Shown: positions 37,991-47,302 of the stretch, one piece after another
Layout of the letters: every line of letters starts with the position of its first letter
Position numbering within the stretch: the first letter of the stretch is position 1
Assembly: GCA_035297105.1 (NCBI GenBank)
Contig: DATGZO010000006.1
Location: 5,415 to 69,414, forward strand
DNA: 64,000 nt
From: Thermoplasmata archaeon
GTDB lineage: Archaea; Thermoplasmatota; Thermoplasmata; Lutacidiplasmatales; UBA184
Direction of reading: 5' to 3'
Program-made: the position numbers and the translations under genes
Notes under the pieces: model-generated
Seen by the model: only the letters and a program-made list of their open reading frames with translations
The model's database searches: none
Told to the model about the DNA's origin: nothing

Positions 37991-38632
37991 TTATCCTATA
38001 GAGCGGGACCTGCCAGCCGGATCCGTCGGCCGGCCGGTAGTGAGAAGTTTCTGAAGCAGGTGTCGTTGGACGATCCAGGAGGAGCGGACCGGCCGGACCA
38101 CCCAGGGATGACGGACTTGGAGCGCCGTCCAACGTTCGGGGACGACCCGGAGGGACGGGCGGCGTCGAAAGGGAAGCCTTCGCTTTGGGTAGGTGATCAG
38201 GGCAACCCCTCCGGGCCGAAGGATCCGCCACGCCTCATCGAGGGCCCCTTCCTTGTCGACCATGCAGCAGATCACGAGCGAGAGTAAGACCCGGTCAACG
38301 GAATCCGATGGGATGTTCGGAACCTGGGCGGCCGATCCGACCCGGAACTCGACCTGGCCGGCCCCTCCGACCCTGCGCTGGGCCAAGGCGAGGTTCTCCG
38401 AATCGATGTCGACGGCATAGAGGTGGCCGCCGGCCCCGATGCGGCGGAGGATCTCCGGGTCGAAGTAGCCGACCCCCGCCCCCAGGTCGGCCACGGTCTC
38501 CCCGGGACGGGGATCCAGTAGGGTGACCTCGCGAGAAGGAGGGGCAAAGCGGCGTCGAAGCGGGTTCTCCAACGCCCGGGGGTAGCACATGCGGTCCTCG
38601 GCCGCCATTGGAAGGGTCGTTCCGGTCGCCAT
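37991..38632 (-). CDS. Class I SAM-dependent methyltransferase
   Basis: VADLGAGVG, YAVDID, SVDRV, RILRPGG. Confidence 0.9.
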   Translation of the reverse strand: MATGTTLPMAAEDRMCYPRALENPLRRRFAPPSREVTLLDPRPGETVADLGAGVGYFDPEILRRIGAGGHLYAVDIDSENLALAQRRVGGAGQVEFRVGSAAQVPNIPSDSVDRVLLSLVICCMVDKEGALDEAWRILRPGGVALITYPKRRLPFRRRPSLRVVPERWTALQVRHPWVVRPVRSSWIVQRHLLQKLLTTGRPTDPAGRSRSIG

Positions 38633-38728
38633 GCTTGCCTCCGGGAGCCCCGGAACCGTCGGGGCCACATCACCCTGCCCCGCCGGTGTCGGGACACGGT
38701 GCAGGGCGTCGGGCCGCTCGGCAGGCTA

Positions 38729-39703
38729 ATGAGGGCGGCTCTCTCGGACAGGGACGGGCGCGATCCGTTGCGAGCACTGGTCACCGGGGGCACCGGTTTT
38801 CTCGGGAGCTACATGTCGACCCACCTGGCCAGTCAGGGGACCGAGGTGACGGCCACCTACCTTCCCCGCGTCACTCCCAAGGGTCCGGCCCCCCTTGGGG
38901 GTATCCGTTTGGTCCCTCTCGACGTCACCGACCGCCTCCAAGTCGAGCGGACGGTCGCCGAGTCGAAACCGGACGTGGTCTACCACTTTGCCGGCCAGGC
39001 CTACGTCATCCCTTCGTGGGAGGACCCCCTGGGGACCTACGCTACGAATCTGACCGGTACCCTGCACCTCCTGGAGGAGCTACGCCATCACTTTCCTCGC
39101 ACCCGGTTCGCGTTCGCGGGCAGCGGCACGGAATACGGGGACCCCCCCATCGTGCCCACGCCCGAGGACTCCCCGCTCCTACCCACCAGTCCGTATGCGT
39201 CCAGCAAGGCGGCGGCCGACCTGCTCTGCTACCAGTACTTCCGCAGCTTCGAGATCCCGGTCTTCCGGTACCGGATCTTCGGCACGACGGGCCCGGGAAA
39301 AAAGGGGGACTCTACGAACGATTTCGCGAGCCAGATCGCGGCCATCGAGGAAGGGCCCTCTCCCCGAGTACTGAGGGTGGGAAACCTCGACCGACGCCGG
39401 GACATCCAGGATGTCCGGGACGCCATCCGGGCCATGGTAACGGTGGTGGAGAAGGGCACGCCCGGGGAGGCCTACAACATCGCGAGCGGGGTCCCGCGGC
39501 TGGTCCGCCAGAATCTCGAGACCCTCCTCACGTTCGCCCGGAACCCGATCACGGTGGAGTCCGCACCGGAGAAGATCCGCCGCGTGGACGAACCGGTCCA
39601 CCTGGCCGACATCTCCCGGTTGACGGCGCTCGGGTGGGCCCCTTCGATCCCGTTCGAGCAAACGCTCAGGGATATCCTCGAGAGCTGGCGGGCGGCCCGC
39701 TGA
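38729..39703 (+). CDS. GDP-sugar epimerase/dehydratase (GMD/RMD-like extended SDR)
   Basis: VTGGTGFLG, HFAGQAYV..SW, SPYASSK, GNLDRRRD. The start may instead be TTG at 38768. Confidence 0.9.
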   Translation: MRAALSDRDGRDPLRALVTGGTGFLGSYMSTHLASQGTEVTATYLPRVTPKGPAPLGGIRLVPLDVTDRLQVERTVAESKPDVVYHFAGQAYVIPSWEDPLGTYATNLTGTLHLLEELRHHFPRTRFAFAGSGTEYGDPPIVPTPEDSPLLPTSPYASSKAAADLLCYQYFRSFEIPVFRYRIFGTTGPGKKGDSTNDFASQIAAIEEGPSPRVLRVGNLDRRRDIQDVRDAIRAMVTVVEKGTPGEAYNIASGVPRLVRQNLETLLTFARNPITVESAPEKIRRVDEPVHLADISRLTALGWAPSIPFEQTLRDILESWRAAR

Positions 39704-39803
39704 ACCGGCCCCCGTGAGGCGATGGCCCGGCGCGGATGCGGCGACCGGGAGAAGGGTTAGTCGGAGCTAGGGGCGGCAGGAAGAGGTTCGCGTGACTTGC
39801 TCC

Positions 39804-42131
39804 TTACGCCGCGGGAGGCGGAGGGGGTGGCGGGCCGCCCGCTCCGGGAGGCGGGCCGGAGGCCGCGGCGGGGGGCGGGAGGCCGGCGGCGGAGGGTTTC
39901 TTCCGCCGCAGGAGGAGCAAGGCGCCCACGACCACGATGACCACGATTACCCCCAGCAGGAGGTAGAGACCCGTCCCGGACGTGAGGGAGAACCCCGCCG
40001 AGGAATTAGGACTTGCCACGGTCACGGAGGCCTGGGCCGTCGACTTGACCCCAAAGGAGTCCGTGACGGTGACACTCACGGTGAACGTGCCCGCTTTCGA
40101 GAACGCATGGCTCGGAGCCGCTCCGGTGCCGGTGTTCCCATCCCCGAAGTTCCACGCGTACGTGGTATAGGGTGGATCCCCGTTGCTGACGGTGACCGAG
40201 AACGCGACGTTCGTCCCGGCCGGGGAATTCATCGGGAACGCCGTGACTTGGGATGCGGTGAGGAGGGGGAGCACATGCACCGTGACCGTCGTCGTGTTCG
40301 TGATCCCGTCCGAATCGGTGACGTTCAGCCGAACTGGGTAGCTACCGGCCGTGGAGAACGTGTGGTGGGTCGATGCTCCGGTCCCCGTGCTGCTGTCTCC
40401 GAAGTTCCAAGTGTAGGTAGAATAAGTCCCACTTCCGCCCGTGGCCGAGCCGCTGAACGATAGCGGGAGTCCAACTTCGGACGTGGTGACGTTGGCGGAG
40501 GCGTGCACCACCAGGGTCGGAACCACCGTAATGTTGGCGTAGACGTACTCTATTCCCCACACCCAGTCGTCGACGTACGCTACGACCGGGTAGGTCCCCG
40601 GATGCGCCTCCTTGAACGCCGCAGGGCCGAAGGCCCAGGCCGTGGTGAAGTTGATTCCGTAGCGGTCGGAGCTGAGAATCGGGGTGCCGTTGACCGACAC
40701 ATCCGCCGCCGCCCACGGGCCGGATCCGGTGCCCACCTGTACGCTGACGTTGATACTGATTAGGCTGCCCACGTCCGTGGGGTTGTGGACGATCGATAGG
40801 GTCAGATTGGGCGCGGCCTCGAAGGTGTACGAGCTGATGCTGATCGCGATAGCGCCGTTAAGCCCCCCGAACAGAACCGGTGCGATATCGGTGCTGTTGG
40901 CGGCCATCTCACCTTCGCAAATGGCTTGGTCCGGCAACGACCCGGCGTAGTAGAGGTAGCTCGGGAGCCACGTTCCGCCCTGGAACTGCCACGAGTCGCC
41001 GTAGACCGCGATCGAGCTCGAGTTGAACCCACCGTACAGCACGATCGCGCCGATCTGGCCATCCCAGGTCATCTGGCCGTAGGCACGGCCCAAGGGGTAG
41101 TACCCGCATACACTCGTGAGGGAGTCGCACCCGACCGAAGTTGCGGTGAGATTATTCCAGGTCGTGCCGGAAAGTTCGAACGTGTAGTTCGTGTCGGTCT
41201 GGCCATCGTATCCGCCGAAGAGGAGGAGCGCGTGGTCGGCGGCGTCGTACGCGAGCGACTCGCCAGCGACAGCCCAATTGAGGCCTCCCGGGCCAAGGGC
41301 TGCGCTACCCCAAGTGGCGGTGAGTTCCCACGTTGTCGTCCAACGACTCCCGCAGGTAGTCGGGAACGAGCAGCCGTCCACGTACACGAGCGCGTGAAGG
41401 GCGGGGTCCCATGCCATGGCTCCGTCGAAGGCCGGAACGCTACCGGTCGTAGCGGTGAGGTTGTACCAACCGGTCGAGTTGAATAGCCAAGTTCCGACGC
41501 TCGCACCCGTGGCATTGTATCCACCCGCCGAGATGACTCCGCCGAAAGCCGGGTCGTAATCCATGGATTGGGCTTCGAGGGGTCCCGGTGATGTGGGGAA
41601 ACTCGCGGTCACGTTAGTCCAGGAGATGCCTTCGTAAATCCAGGTGCTACCTGCCGGGCATTGGGTCGGGGTGCATCCCCCGTAGTACACCAGCGCCCCC
41701 GTCCCGTACAGGGGATCGTAGGCGACCGCGCCCTGGTAGCCCCCACCCATGGATCCCATGTTCGAGGTCTCATTGGTCCAGGAAGGCTGGAGGGTGGCGA
41801 CTAGAGGTCTCGCCGCAGGGAGACCCGTCCCCGTCATCGTCCCGGCTTGATGAAGTGAGGGAGAGCCCCCGAGGGCGCCGCTGGAGCACGTGGCCGATCC
41901 AGGTGCCTCGGTTTGGCAGGCCATCGAGGTGCCGTGAGTAGGGCCCTGCCCTTGGTCCAGTGCGGTGATCCCGCTCGTCCACAACTGCGAGGTCGCCGGC
42001 GCGACGGCTGTGGAAGAGGACGCCGAGACGGCGCCGCCATTCGTCGGGATTAGTGCGAGGGCCGGGGAGGCCGCCATCACCAAAGAGATCGCAATTACGG
42101 CCAGCCAAGACGCCATACGCCGGGAGGACAT
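39804..42131 (-). CDS. Surface protein with Kelch-like propeller, PKD domains and TM anchor
   Basis: Signal peptide, repeated AYD...LFGG...TW blades, two WNFGD PKD domains, C-terminal TM helix followed by RRKK and a Pro-rich tail. Confidence 0.88.
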   Translation of the reverse strand: MSSRRMASWLAVIAISLVMAASPALALIPTNGGAVSASSSTAVAPATSQLWTSGITALDQGQGPTHGTSMACQTEAPGSATCSSGALGGSPSLHQAGTMTGTGLPAARPLVATLQPSWTNETSNMGSMGGGYQGAVAYDPLYGTGALVYYGGCTPTQCPAGSTWIYEGISWTNVTASFPTSPGPLEAQSMDYDPAFGGVISAGGYNATGASVGTWLFNSTGWYNLTATTGSVPAFDGAMAWDPALHALVYVDGCSFPTTCGSRWTTTWELTATWGSAALGPGGLNWAVAGESLAYDAADHALLLFGGYDGQTDTNYTFELSGTTWNNLTATSVGCDSLTSVCGYYPLGRAYGQMTWDGQIGAIVLYGGFNSSSIAVYGDSWQFQGGTWLPSYLYYAGSLPDQAICEGEMAANSTDIAPVLFGGLNGAIAISISSYTFEAAPNLTLSIVHNPTDVGSLISINVSVQVGTGSGPWAAADVSVNGTPILSSDRYGINFTTAWAFGPAAFKEAHPGTYPVVAYVDDWVWGIEYVYANITVVPTLVVHASANVTTSEVGLPLSFSGSATGGSGTYSTYTWNFGDSSTGTGASTHHTFSTAGSYPVRLNVTDSDGITNTTTVTVHVLPLLTASQVTAFPMNSPAGTNVAFSVTVSNGDPPYTTYAWNFGDGNTGTGAAPSHAFSKAGTFTVSVTVTDSFGVKSTAQASVTVASPNSSAGFSLTSGTGLYLLLGVIVVIVVVGALLLLRRKKPSAAGLPPPAAASGPPPGAGGPPPPPPPAA

Positions 42132-42371
42132 GCGATTATCACGTAAGTCGTAGTATTTCTGACCACCGTCCGGGGGGGGCCCTTCCTCGAGGGCCCCGGG
42201 ACGGCAGCTAGGAGGGAATCGGTGGGCGCGGCCGGTCCTCCTCCGCTCCTGCCAAGAGCTGTCAGGCTTGGGGGAACACGGGGGGAAGGGGAGGATAGTT
42301 TTCGTTGAACTGCAAAGCCGAATCGCAACGGTTCAATGATTCGATCTAAGGAGAGAAAGTGAACCTGTAAT

Positions 42372-42401
42372 AGATATTCATATGCACATACATATGCATA
42401 T
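42372..42401. repeat. Five tandem NCATAT-like hexamers
   Basis: AGATAT TCATAT GCACAT ACATAT GCATAT. Confidence 0.7.
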
Positions 42402-42694
42402 CACTACTTCCGCACCTACCGGGCGATGGCAAGTGGTCGCAAGTCGGCCTCCTGGACCTCGACTGCACCCAGAGGGTGGGGGCAACTTGGTCCGGGCACG
42501 GGGAGGGGATCAGAATCTCCGATCGGGCTAAGAATGGCTCACCCATACCTATGATTCTACAAGTAAGTGAGAGCCATTACTCAGGATGCGTATAGGAGTA
42601 ATTGCCGAGAGACTGGGCGCCCGAACCCGCAGATCCTTCCGGCTTGGCCCGCCCGAACCCCGCCTCAGATCCAGGCCCTGGCAGGGGGCCAACT

Positions 42695-42722
42695 GCGCCG
42701 TATAACTCATGTTATACGCCCT
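42695..42722. other. dif-like (Xer/tyrosine recombinase) site candidate
   Basis: GCGCCGTATAA-CTCATG-TTATACGCCCT: 11-6-11 layout with a TATAA-N6-TTATA core, in a long AT-rich intergenic region. Confidence 0.6.
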
Positions 42723-42985
42723 CACCTCAGAGAACCCTTGAGGCCCCCAGGGGCTCGAGCACAGGCAGACTATCCCTAATGCAGACTGAGTAATGCTTAC
42801 AACGTAATTATAGTCTCATACACTCGGAATACAGGAGAATAGCGGGTTTGGTGGGTTTGGCCCGAAAACCCCACCCCCCGGCCAAAGATCGCGGATCCGA
42901 AGGCGGGACCCACTGGTCGGAGACCGACGGGACCTCCTGTTTACACCTGTACGATTTGACAGCCAGCCAAGTAATGTAACTACCA

Positions 42986-43393
42986 TTACTTTGAATGTTT
43001 AACCCCTACACGGGTGACTTTGAACCGCCATTTGCCGGTGGCAGCGGGTCGTACGGGGGTAAACAGCTCGTCACACCCGTTCGCCTCGAGGGCTCCCCAC
43101 TCGGCCAGACGCCATAGCTCCTCGAAGGAAGGGTTCCCCGAGGCCCGACGGGCCGCCTCGGCGATCGCGCGGGCGTCAATGGGCAGGACGGTGAGTTTTC
43201 GGCGGAGACGGTCGACCGCGGTCCGGCGGGCGACCTGGGCCTTGGACGGAGAGCGCCGCGCGAGAACGGAGAGTTCGAGCATGGCCCGTTCGGTGGTGGC
43301 CACTTCCACCCCCCTTAGGCGGCGCAACAGTTCTCGGGAACCGGGATCCGCCTCGAGAACCCCTCGGAGGGCCCCTGCATCGAGGGCCTTCAC
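42986..43393 (-). CDS. vapC: PIN-domain (VapC-like) protein, degenerate active site
   Basis: KALDAGAL, AMLEL, LTVLPID...AA, ELFT. GTGA overlap with the antitoxin gene. Confidence 0.75.
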   Translation of the reverse strand: MKALDAGALRGVLEADPGSRELLRRLRGVEVATTERAMLELSVLARRSPSKAQVARRTAVDRLRRKLTVLPIDARAIAEAARRASGNPSFEELWRLAEWGALEANGCDELFTPVRPAATGKWRFKVTRVGVKHSK

Positions 43394-43602
43394 GGCGTGC
43401 CCCTCCGGGACGGAACCGAACTCCCTGGAGCGAGGCCCGCCCGGCGGCGCTTCTCGGGAGCCCAGGCGCCCCAAAGCTCCTCGAGCCCCTCCCGCTGATC
43501 GAGCAACCTACGGAAGAGCACCGTAAAGCTCTCCCCGGTTCGTTTTTCTCGCACTAGCGCGTCGTATACCGCCTTCTGCACGGCGATATTTCGGGACGAC
43601 AT
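43390..43602 (-). CDS. vapB: Archaeal VapB-family antitoxin (DUF217-like)
   Basis: RNIAVQKAVYDALVREKRTGESFTVLFRRLL...LWGAW. Confidence 0.85.
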   Translation of the reverse strand: MSSRNIAVQKAVYDALVREKRTGESFTVLFRRLLDQREGLEELWGAWAPEKRRRAGLAPGSSVPSRRGTP

Positions 43603-43621
43603 ACATACTCATATTCATATG
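43603..43621. promoter_or_regulatory. Three NCATAY hexamers abutting the vapB start (operator candidate)
   Basis: ACATAC TCATAT TCATAT; shares the 11-mer ATATTCATATG with 42374-42384. Confidence 0.55.
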
Positions 43622-43818
43622 TAGTACTAGAAGACTGGGCCCGAAACGCGGCGACGAAACGAAGCGACCGGACCCGCCACAGGTACCCAGTTTGATCGCG
43701 CCCTGCCTCCCCGAGGAGGAGCGCAGACCCCCCTCGGGACGGTCCACTTGGAAACGGGAGGAGACGGAAGGGGGCGCCGTACGCAAGCCATTTCCCTGCG
43801 ACCCCATCCGGGCACCTC

Positions 43819-45228
43819 GTGGAGCCCGAACGGCCCCGGCTCGTGATGATCGGGCTCGACTCGATGTCCCCGGCCCTCCTCGAACGCTTCCGAGACCGGA
43901 CCCCCCGGCTTCAGGCGCTCTTGAGGCAGTCCACCCAGGCCACTCTCGTCAGTTGTGACCCTCCGATCACGGTGCCTGCCTGGGCCGTCATGTGTTCCGG
44001 AGCCGATCCGGGGATGCTCGGACTGTATGGGTTCCGTCACCGAAGGCCCGGCAGCTACGACCGGACGTACATCCCTGCCTCTTCGACCGCGCAACGCCCG
44101 ATGATCTGGGATGCTCTTTCGAGGGCCGGCCGGCGCGTGGCCGTCCTCGGGATGCCTCCGGGGTACCCCCCGCCTTCCGTCAACGGCGTCTACGTCTCGG
44201 ATTTCCTGACACCGGACGGGGTCACGGACTGGGCCAATCCGTCGTCCCTCGTGCCCGAGCTGGCCCAGGTCGCCGGAGGAGGGTTCTTTGACGTCGCCTT
44301 TCGAATCGATGACCGGCTGGCCGTGGCGCGGGACCTCTTCGAAATGACTCGACGCCGATGGAAGGTCGCTCGCCACGTCTGGCGGAAAGAGCCGTGGGAC
44401 CTCTTCGCGATCCATGAGATTGGCCCGGACCGGGTCCATCACGCGTTCTGGAAGTACTTCGACCAGTCCCATCCACGCTTCGCACACGATGCCAAGCTGA
44501 GCGGGGTCGCCGGAGACTTCTACGCCCTGCTTGACGAGGAAATCGGCCAATTCCTTGACCTCGTCGGCCCGGATGTCCCAGTCCTGGTCGCCTCGGACCA
44601 CGGCAGCCAGGCGATGGAAGGGTGCTTCTGCATCAACGAATGGCTGATCGACAAGGGCTTGCTCCGTCTCAAGAGACCCCCCGCCCGAACTGGAACCCCC
44701 CTCGAAGAGGCTTGGGTGGACTGGGGGAAGACCCAGGTTTGGGCCGCGGGCGGCTATTACGCACGATTCTTCCTCAACCTTAAGGGCCGAGAACCCCAGG
44801 GCATCGTGGCACCGAAAGACCAGGCGGCCCTCACCGAGCGACTCCGCTCGGAGCTTAACCAAGTCAAGAAGGAGGACGGAACCCCCCTCGGAGTGCGGCT
44901 CTTCTCTCCTTCCGAGGTCTATGAAGAGGTCCGGGGGGACCCGCCGGACCTGATGGCCTACTTCGGCGACCTCCGGTGGCGATCGGCCGGGACGGTGGGC
45001 CACGGCCGCTGGTTCACGACTGAAAACGACACGGGACCGGACGATGCGGTCCACTCGTTCGAGGGGATCTTCGCCTACCGGGACCCCCATGACCCGAGGG
45101 GTCGCCAACTCCCGCCCCAACGGATCCGCTCCGTGGGGGCCACGCTCTACTCGCACTTCGGCCTGCCGGTTCCGGGGTTCGTTCGCGGAGAGCCCATCAT
45201 TCTGGGCCCCGCCCGGCGCCACCGATGA
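43819..45228 (+). CDS. Alkaline phosphatase superfamily / type I phosphodiesterase-nucleotide pyrophosphatase
   Basis: IGLDS, PPITVPAW (Thr nucleophile), DRVHH, SDHG, DDAVH. Confidence 0.9.
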   Translation: MEPERPRLVMIGLDSMSPALLERFRDRTPRLQALLRQSTQATLVSCDPPITVPAWAVMCSGADPGMLGLYGFRHRRPGSYDRTYIPASSTAQRPMIWDALSRAGRRVAVLGMPPGYPPPSVNGVYVSDFLTPDGVTDWANPSSLVPELAQVAGGGFFDVAFRIDDRLAVARDLFEMTRRRWKVARHVWRKEPWDLFAIHEIGPDRVHHAFWKYFDQSHPRFAHDAKLSGVAGDFYALLDEEIGQFLDLVGPDVPVLVASDHGSQAMEGCFCINEWLIDKGLLRLKRPPARTGTPLEEAWVDWGKTQVWAAGGYYARFFLNLKGREPQGIVAPKDQAALTERLRSELNQVKKEDGTPLGVRLFSPSEVYEEVRGDPPDLMAYFGDLRWRSAGTVGHGRWFTTENDTGPDDAVHSFEGIFAYRDPHDPRGRQLPPQRIRSVGATLYSHFGLPVPGFVRGEPIILGPARRHR

Positions 45229-45278
45229 GTATTTGACCCCCTTCCCGGCCTATTGTTGCCGTTTACGGGTCGATTTTC

Positions 45279-46286
45279 ATGGTTATCTCCGCAAGTATTG
45301 CACCCACCAAGTCAAAAGGGACCTTTTTCCCGGCGGAGTCCCCGAAGGTCCAACGACCCCGAACCACCTCCGTCACCCATCTTCTGGACCGTCTGCAGCA
45401 CGTCACCGCCGAGGAGATCTCGGACCTCGCCTCGTACATCGACATTGCCAAGATCGGCTGGGGGCTTCCGCTCCTGCTTCCGAAAGAACGCCTGAAGGCC
45501 CGGGTTCATCTCTATCAGAAAGAGGGCATCGAGGTCTCCACCGGCGGGACCCTCCTCGAGTACGCGGTCGCCCAGAACCGGGTCCCCGCCTTCCTCGACG
45601 AGGCGCGGGTGATCGGGTTCGACCTCATCGAGATCTCGAGCGGCATCCTGGAGCTGTCGGCGACCCAGATCGCCCGTCTCGCCGATGCGGTCCGGGACCG
45701 AGGGCTGCCGTACCTCATCGAGGTCGGAAAGAAGGACCCCCAGCACCAGCTCTCCCTCAAGGAGACCATCAACCAGATCGGCCACGCCCGCACCCTCGGC
45801 CCCCGGAAGGTCATCGTCGAGAGCCGCGAATCAGGACGCGGGGTCGGCATCTACGACAGCGACGGTGCGATCAAGTGGGACTGGGTCCGCTCGATCCTCG
45901 CCGAGCACCCCCGCGAGGAGCTGATCTTCGAGGCCCCCCTGGAGAGCCAGCAGATCCAGCTGCTCCGGGAACTGGGGGGAGACGTGAACCTCGGCAACGT
46001 CGCGCTCGCCTCGGTCGCCCCCCTGGCCTCCGAGCGCATGGGGCTCCGAGGGGAGACGTTCGGCACGATTCGCACCTCCCGCCCCGTCAAGGGCCCGCCG
46101 GCAGCCAAGTTCCTCTACTTCCTCCTCGAAAGTTACCGGGGTCTGGACCAGTCGCAGCTGGCCCAAATGTCTCGACTGCCGCGACGGACGGTACAGAGCG
46201 CCCTCGAATCCCTCCGCCAGCAGGGACTGGTCCAGGAGTCGATCTCGCTCCAGGATTCGCGCCGGCGCGAGTACCGGCTCACGTAG
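45279..46286 (+). CDS. comA: Phosphosulfolactate synthase (ComA) fused to a C-terminal winged-helix domain
   Basis: KIGWG, GGTLLE, IEISSG, EVGKKD, ESRESG, IFEAP, VNLGNV, GLRGET; last ~60 aa form a wHTH (QSQLAQMSRLPRRTVQSAL...DSRRREY). Confidence 0.88.
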   Translation: MVISASIAPTKSKGTFFPAESPKVQRPRTTSVTHLLDRLQHVTAEEISDLASYIDIAKIGWGLPLLLPKERLKARVHLYQKEGIEVSTGGTLLEYAVAQNRVPAFLDEARVIGFDLIEISSGILELSATQIARLADAVRDRGLPYLIEVGKKDPQHQLSLKETINQIGHARTLGPRKVIVESRESGRGVGIYDSDGAIKWDWVRSILAEHPREELIFEAPLESQQIQLLRELGGDVNLGNVALASVAPLASERMGLRGETFGTIRTSRPVKGPPAAKFLYFLLESYRGLDQSQLAQMSRLPRRTVQSALESLRQQGLVQESISLQDSRRREYRLT

Positions 46287-46350
46287 GGCCGCCGCAGCCC
46301 TCCCCTACTGAGGGAAAGGAGGCAACTACCATCGAGGGGTTACGGTGAGC

Positions 46351-47295
46351 ATGAACGCTTCCCCCAATCCGTCCATGGAGGGCCGTGTCGTCGTGATCAC
46401 AGGTGGAACATCCGGGATCGGTCTCGAGACCGCCCGGGGAGTCGCCGCCCGAGGGGCCCACGTCGTCCTGGTCGGGCGCGGTGACCCCCGGGTGCAGCAG
46501 GTAGCGACGGAAGTTGCTCGGTCGTCCGGGAATCCCCACGTGGAGGGTCTCCCCGTCACGGACCTCGCGCTCCGGTCGGAGTGGATGCGGGTCGGCCAGG
46601 AGCTCCTCCGACGGTACCCGGCCATTCATGTGCTCGTGAACAACGCTGGGGCGTACATCGCACATCGGGAAACGACGTCGGAAGGCATCGAGAGGACCTT
46701 CGCCCTGAATGTTCTGGCCCCGCTGGGGCTCACTACGCTCTTGGCCAACCGGATGCGAACCTCGCCTCCCGCCCGGATCATCAATGTCGCTTCCGCCGCG
46801 CACGTCCGTGAGTCCGTCCACCTGGAGGACCTCCAGGGAACCGGGTCGTACCACGGGTTTCGCGCCTACGGTCGCTCCAAGCTGGAGCTGGTCCTGCTGA
46901 CCCGGGAACTCGCCCGTCGGCTCGCCGGCACGGGAGTCACGGTGAATTCCTTGCACCCGGGTTTCATCCGCTCGGGATTCGGTCGGAACAACGGAGGCGG
47001 GATCGCCCTCACGATCCGGTTCTTCGCCCTGATCGCGGGCCGGAGCGCTCGGACGGGAGCCCGCACCCCAATCCACTTGGCGTGCGATCCGGACGTAGCG
47101 GGAATCACGGGGGAGTACTTCTCCGGTGGCCGAGTGGTCTCCACCTCGCGGGCAGGGCGTGACATGGCGATGGCACGCCGGCTCTACGAGGTGTGTGTTC
47201 CGCTGGTGGGCCTGCCGCCCGTCCCAGAACCGCCCGGGCCCGTCGTGAGTCCCCCCTCGGCGGCCCTGGCGAATCGGGCGTTCGCGACCGAGTAA
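46351..47295 (+). CDS. Short-chain dehydrogenase/reductase (retinol-dehydrogenase-like)
   Basis: TGGTSGIG, NNAG, YGRSK, SLHPGFI. Confidence 0.93.
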   Translation: MNASPNPSMEGRVVVITGGTSGIGLETARGVAARGAHVVLVGRGDPRVQQVATEVARSSGNPHVEGLPVTDLALRSEWMRVGQELLRRYPAIHVLVNNAGAYIAHRETTSEGIERTFALNVLAPLGLTTLLANRMRTSPPARIINVASAAHVRESVHLEDLQGTGSYHGFRAYGRSKLELVLLTRELARRLAGTGVTVNSLHPGFIRSGFGRNNGGGIALTIRFFALIAGRSARTGARTPIHLACDPDVAGITGEYFSGGRVVSTSRAGRDMAMARRLYEVCVPLVGLPPVPEPPGPVVSPPSAALANRAFATE

Positions 47296-47302
47296 CGCCT
47301 TC

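Noticed and set aside
42130..42990. CRISPR array, leader or structured RNA in the long intergenic region
   Set aside because: No regularly spaced 25-40 bp repeats, no cas genes and no recognisable RNA family motif.
43741..43774. GTCCACTTGGAAACGGGAGG...GGGGG resembling an archaeal ORB origin box
   Set aside because: Spacing between TCCA and GAAA is one base off, it is a single copy, and no cdc6/orc1 gene is in the window.
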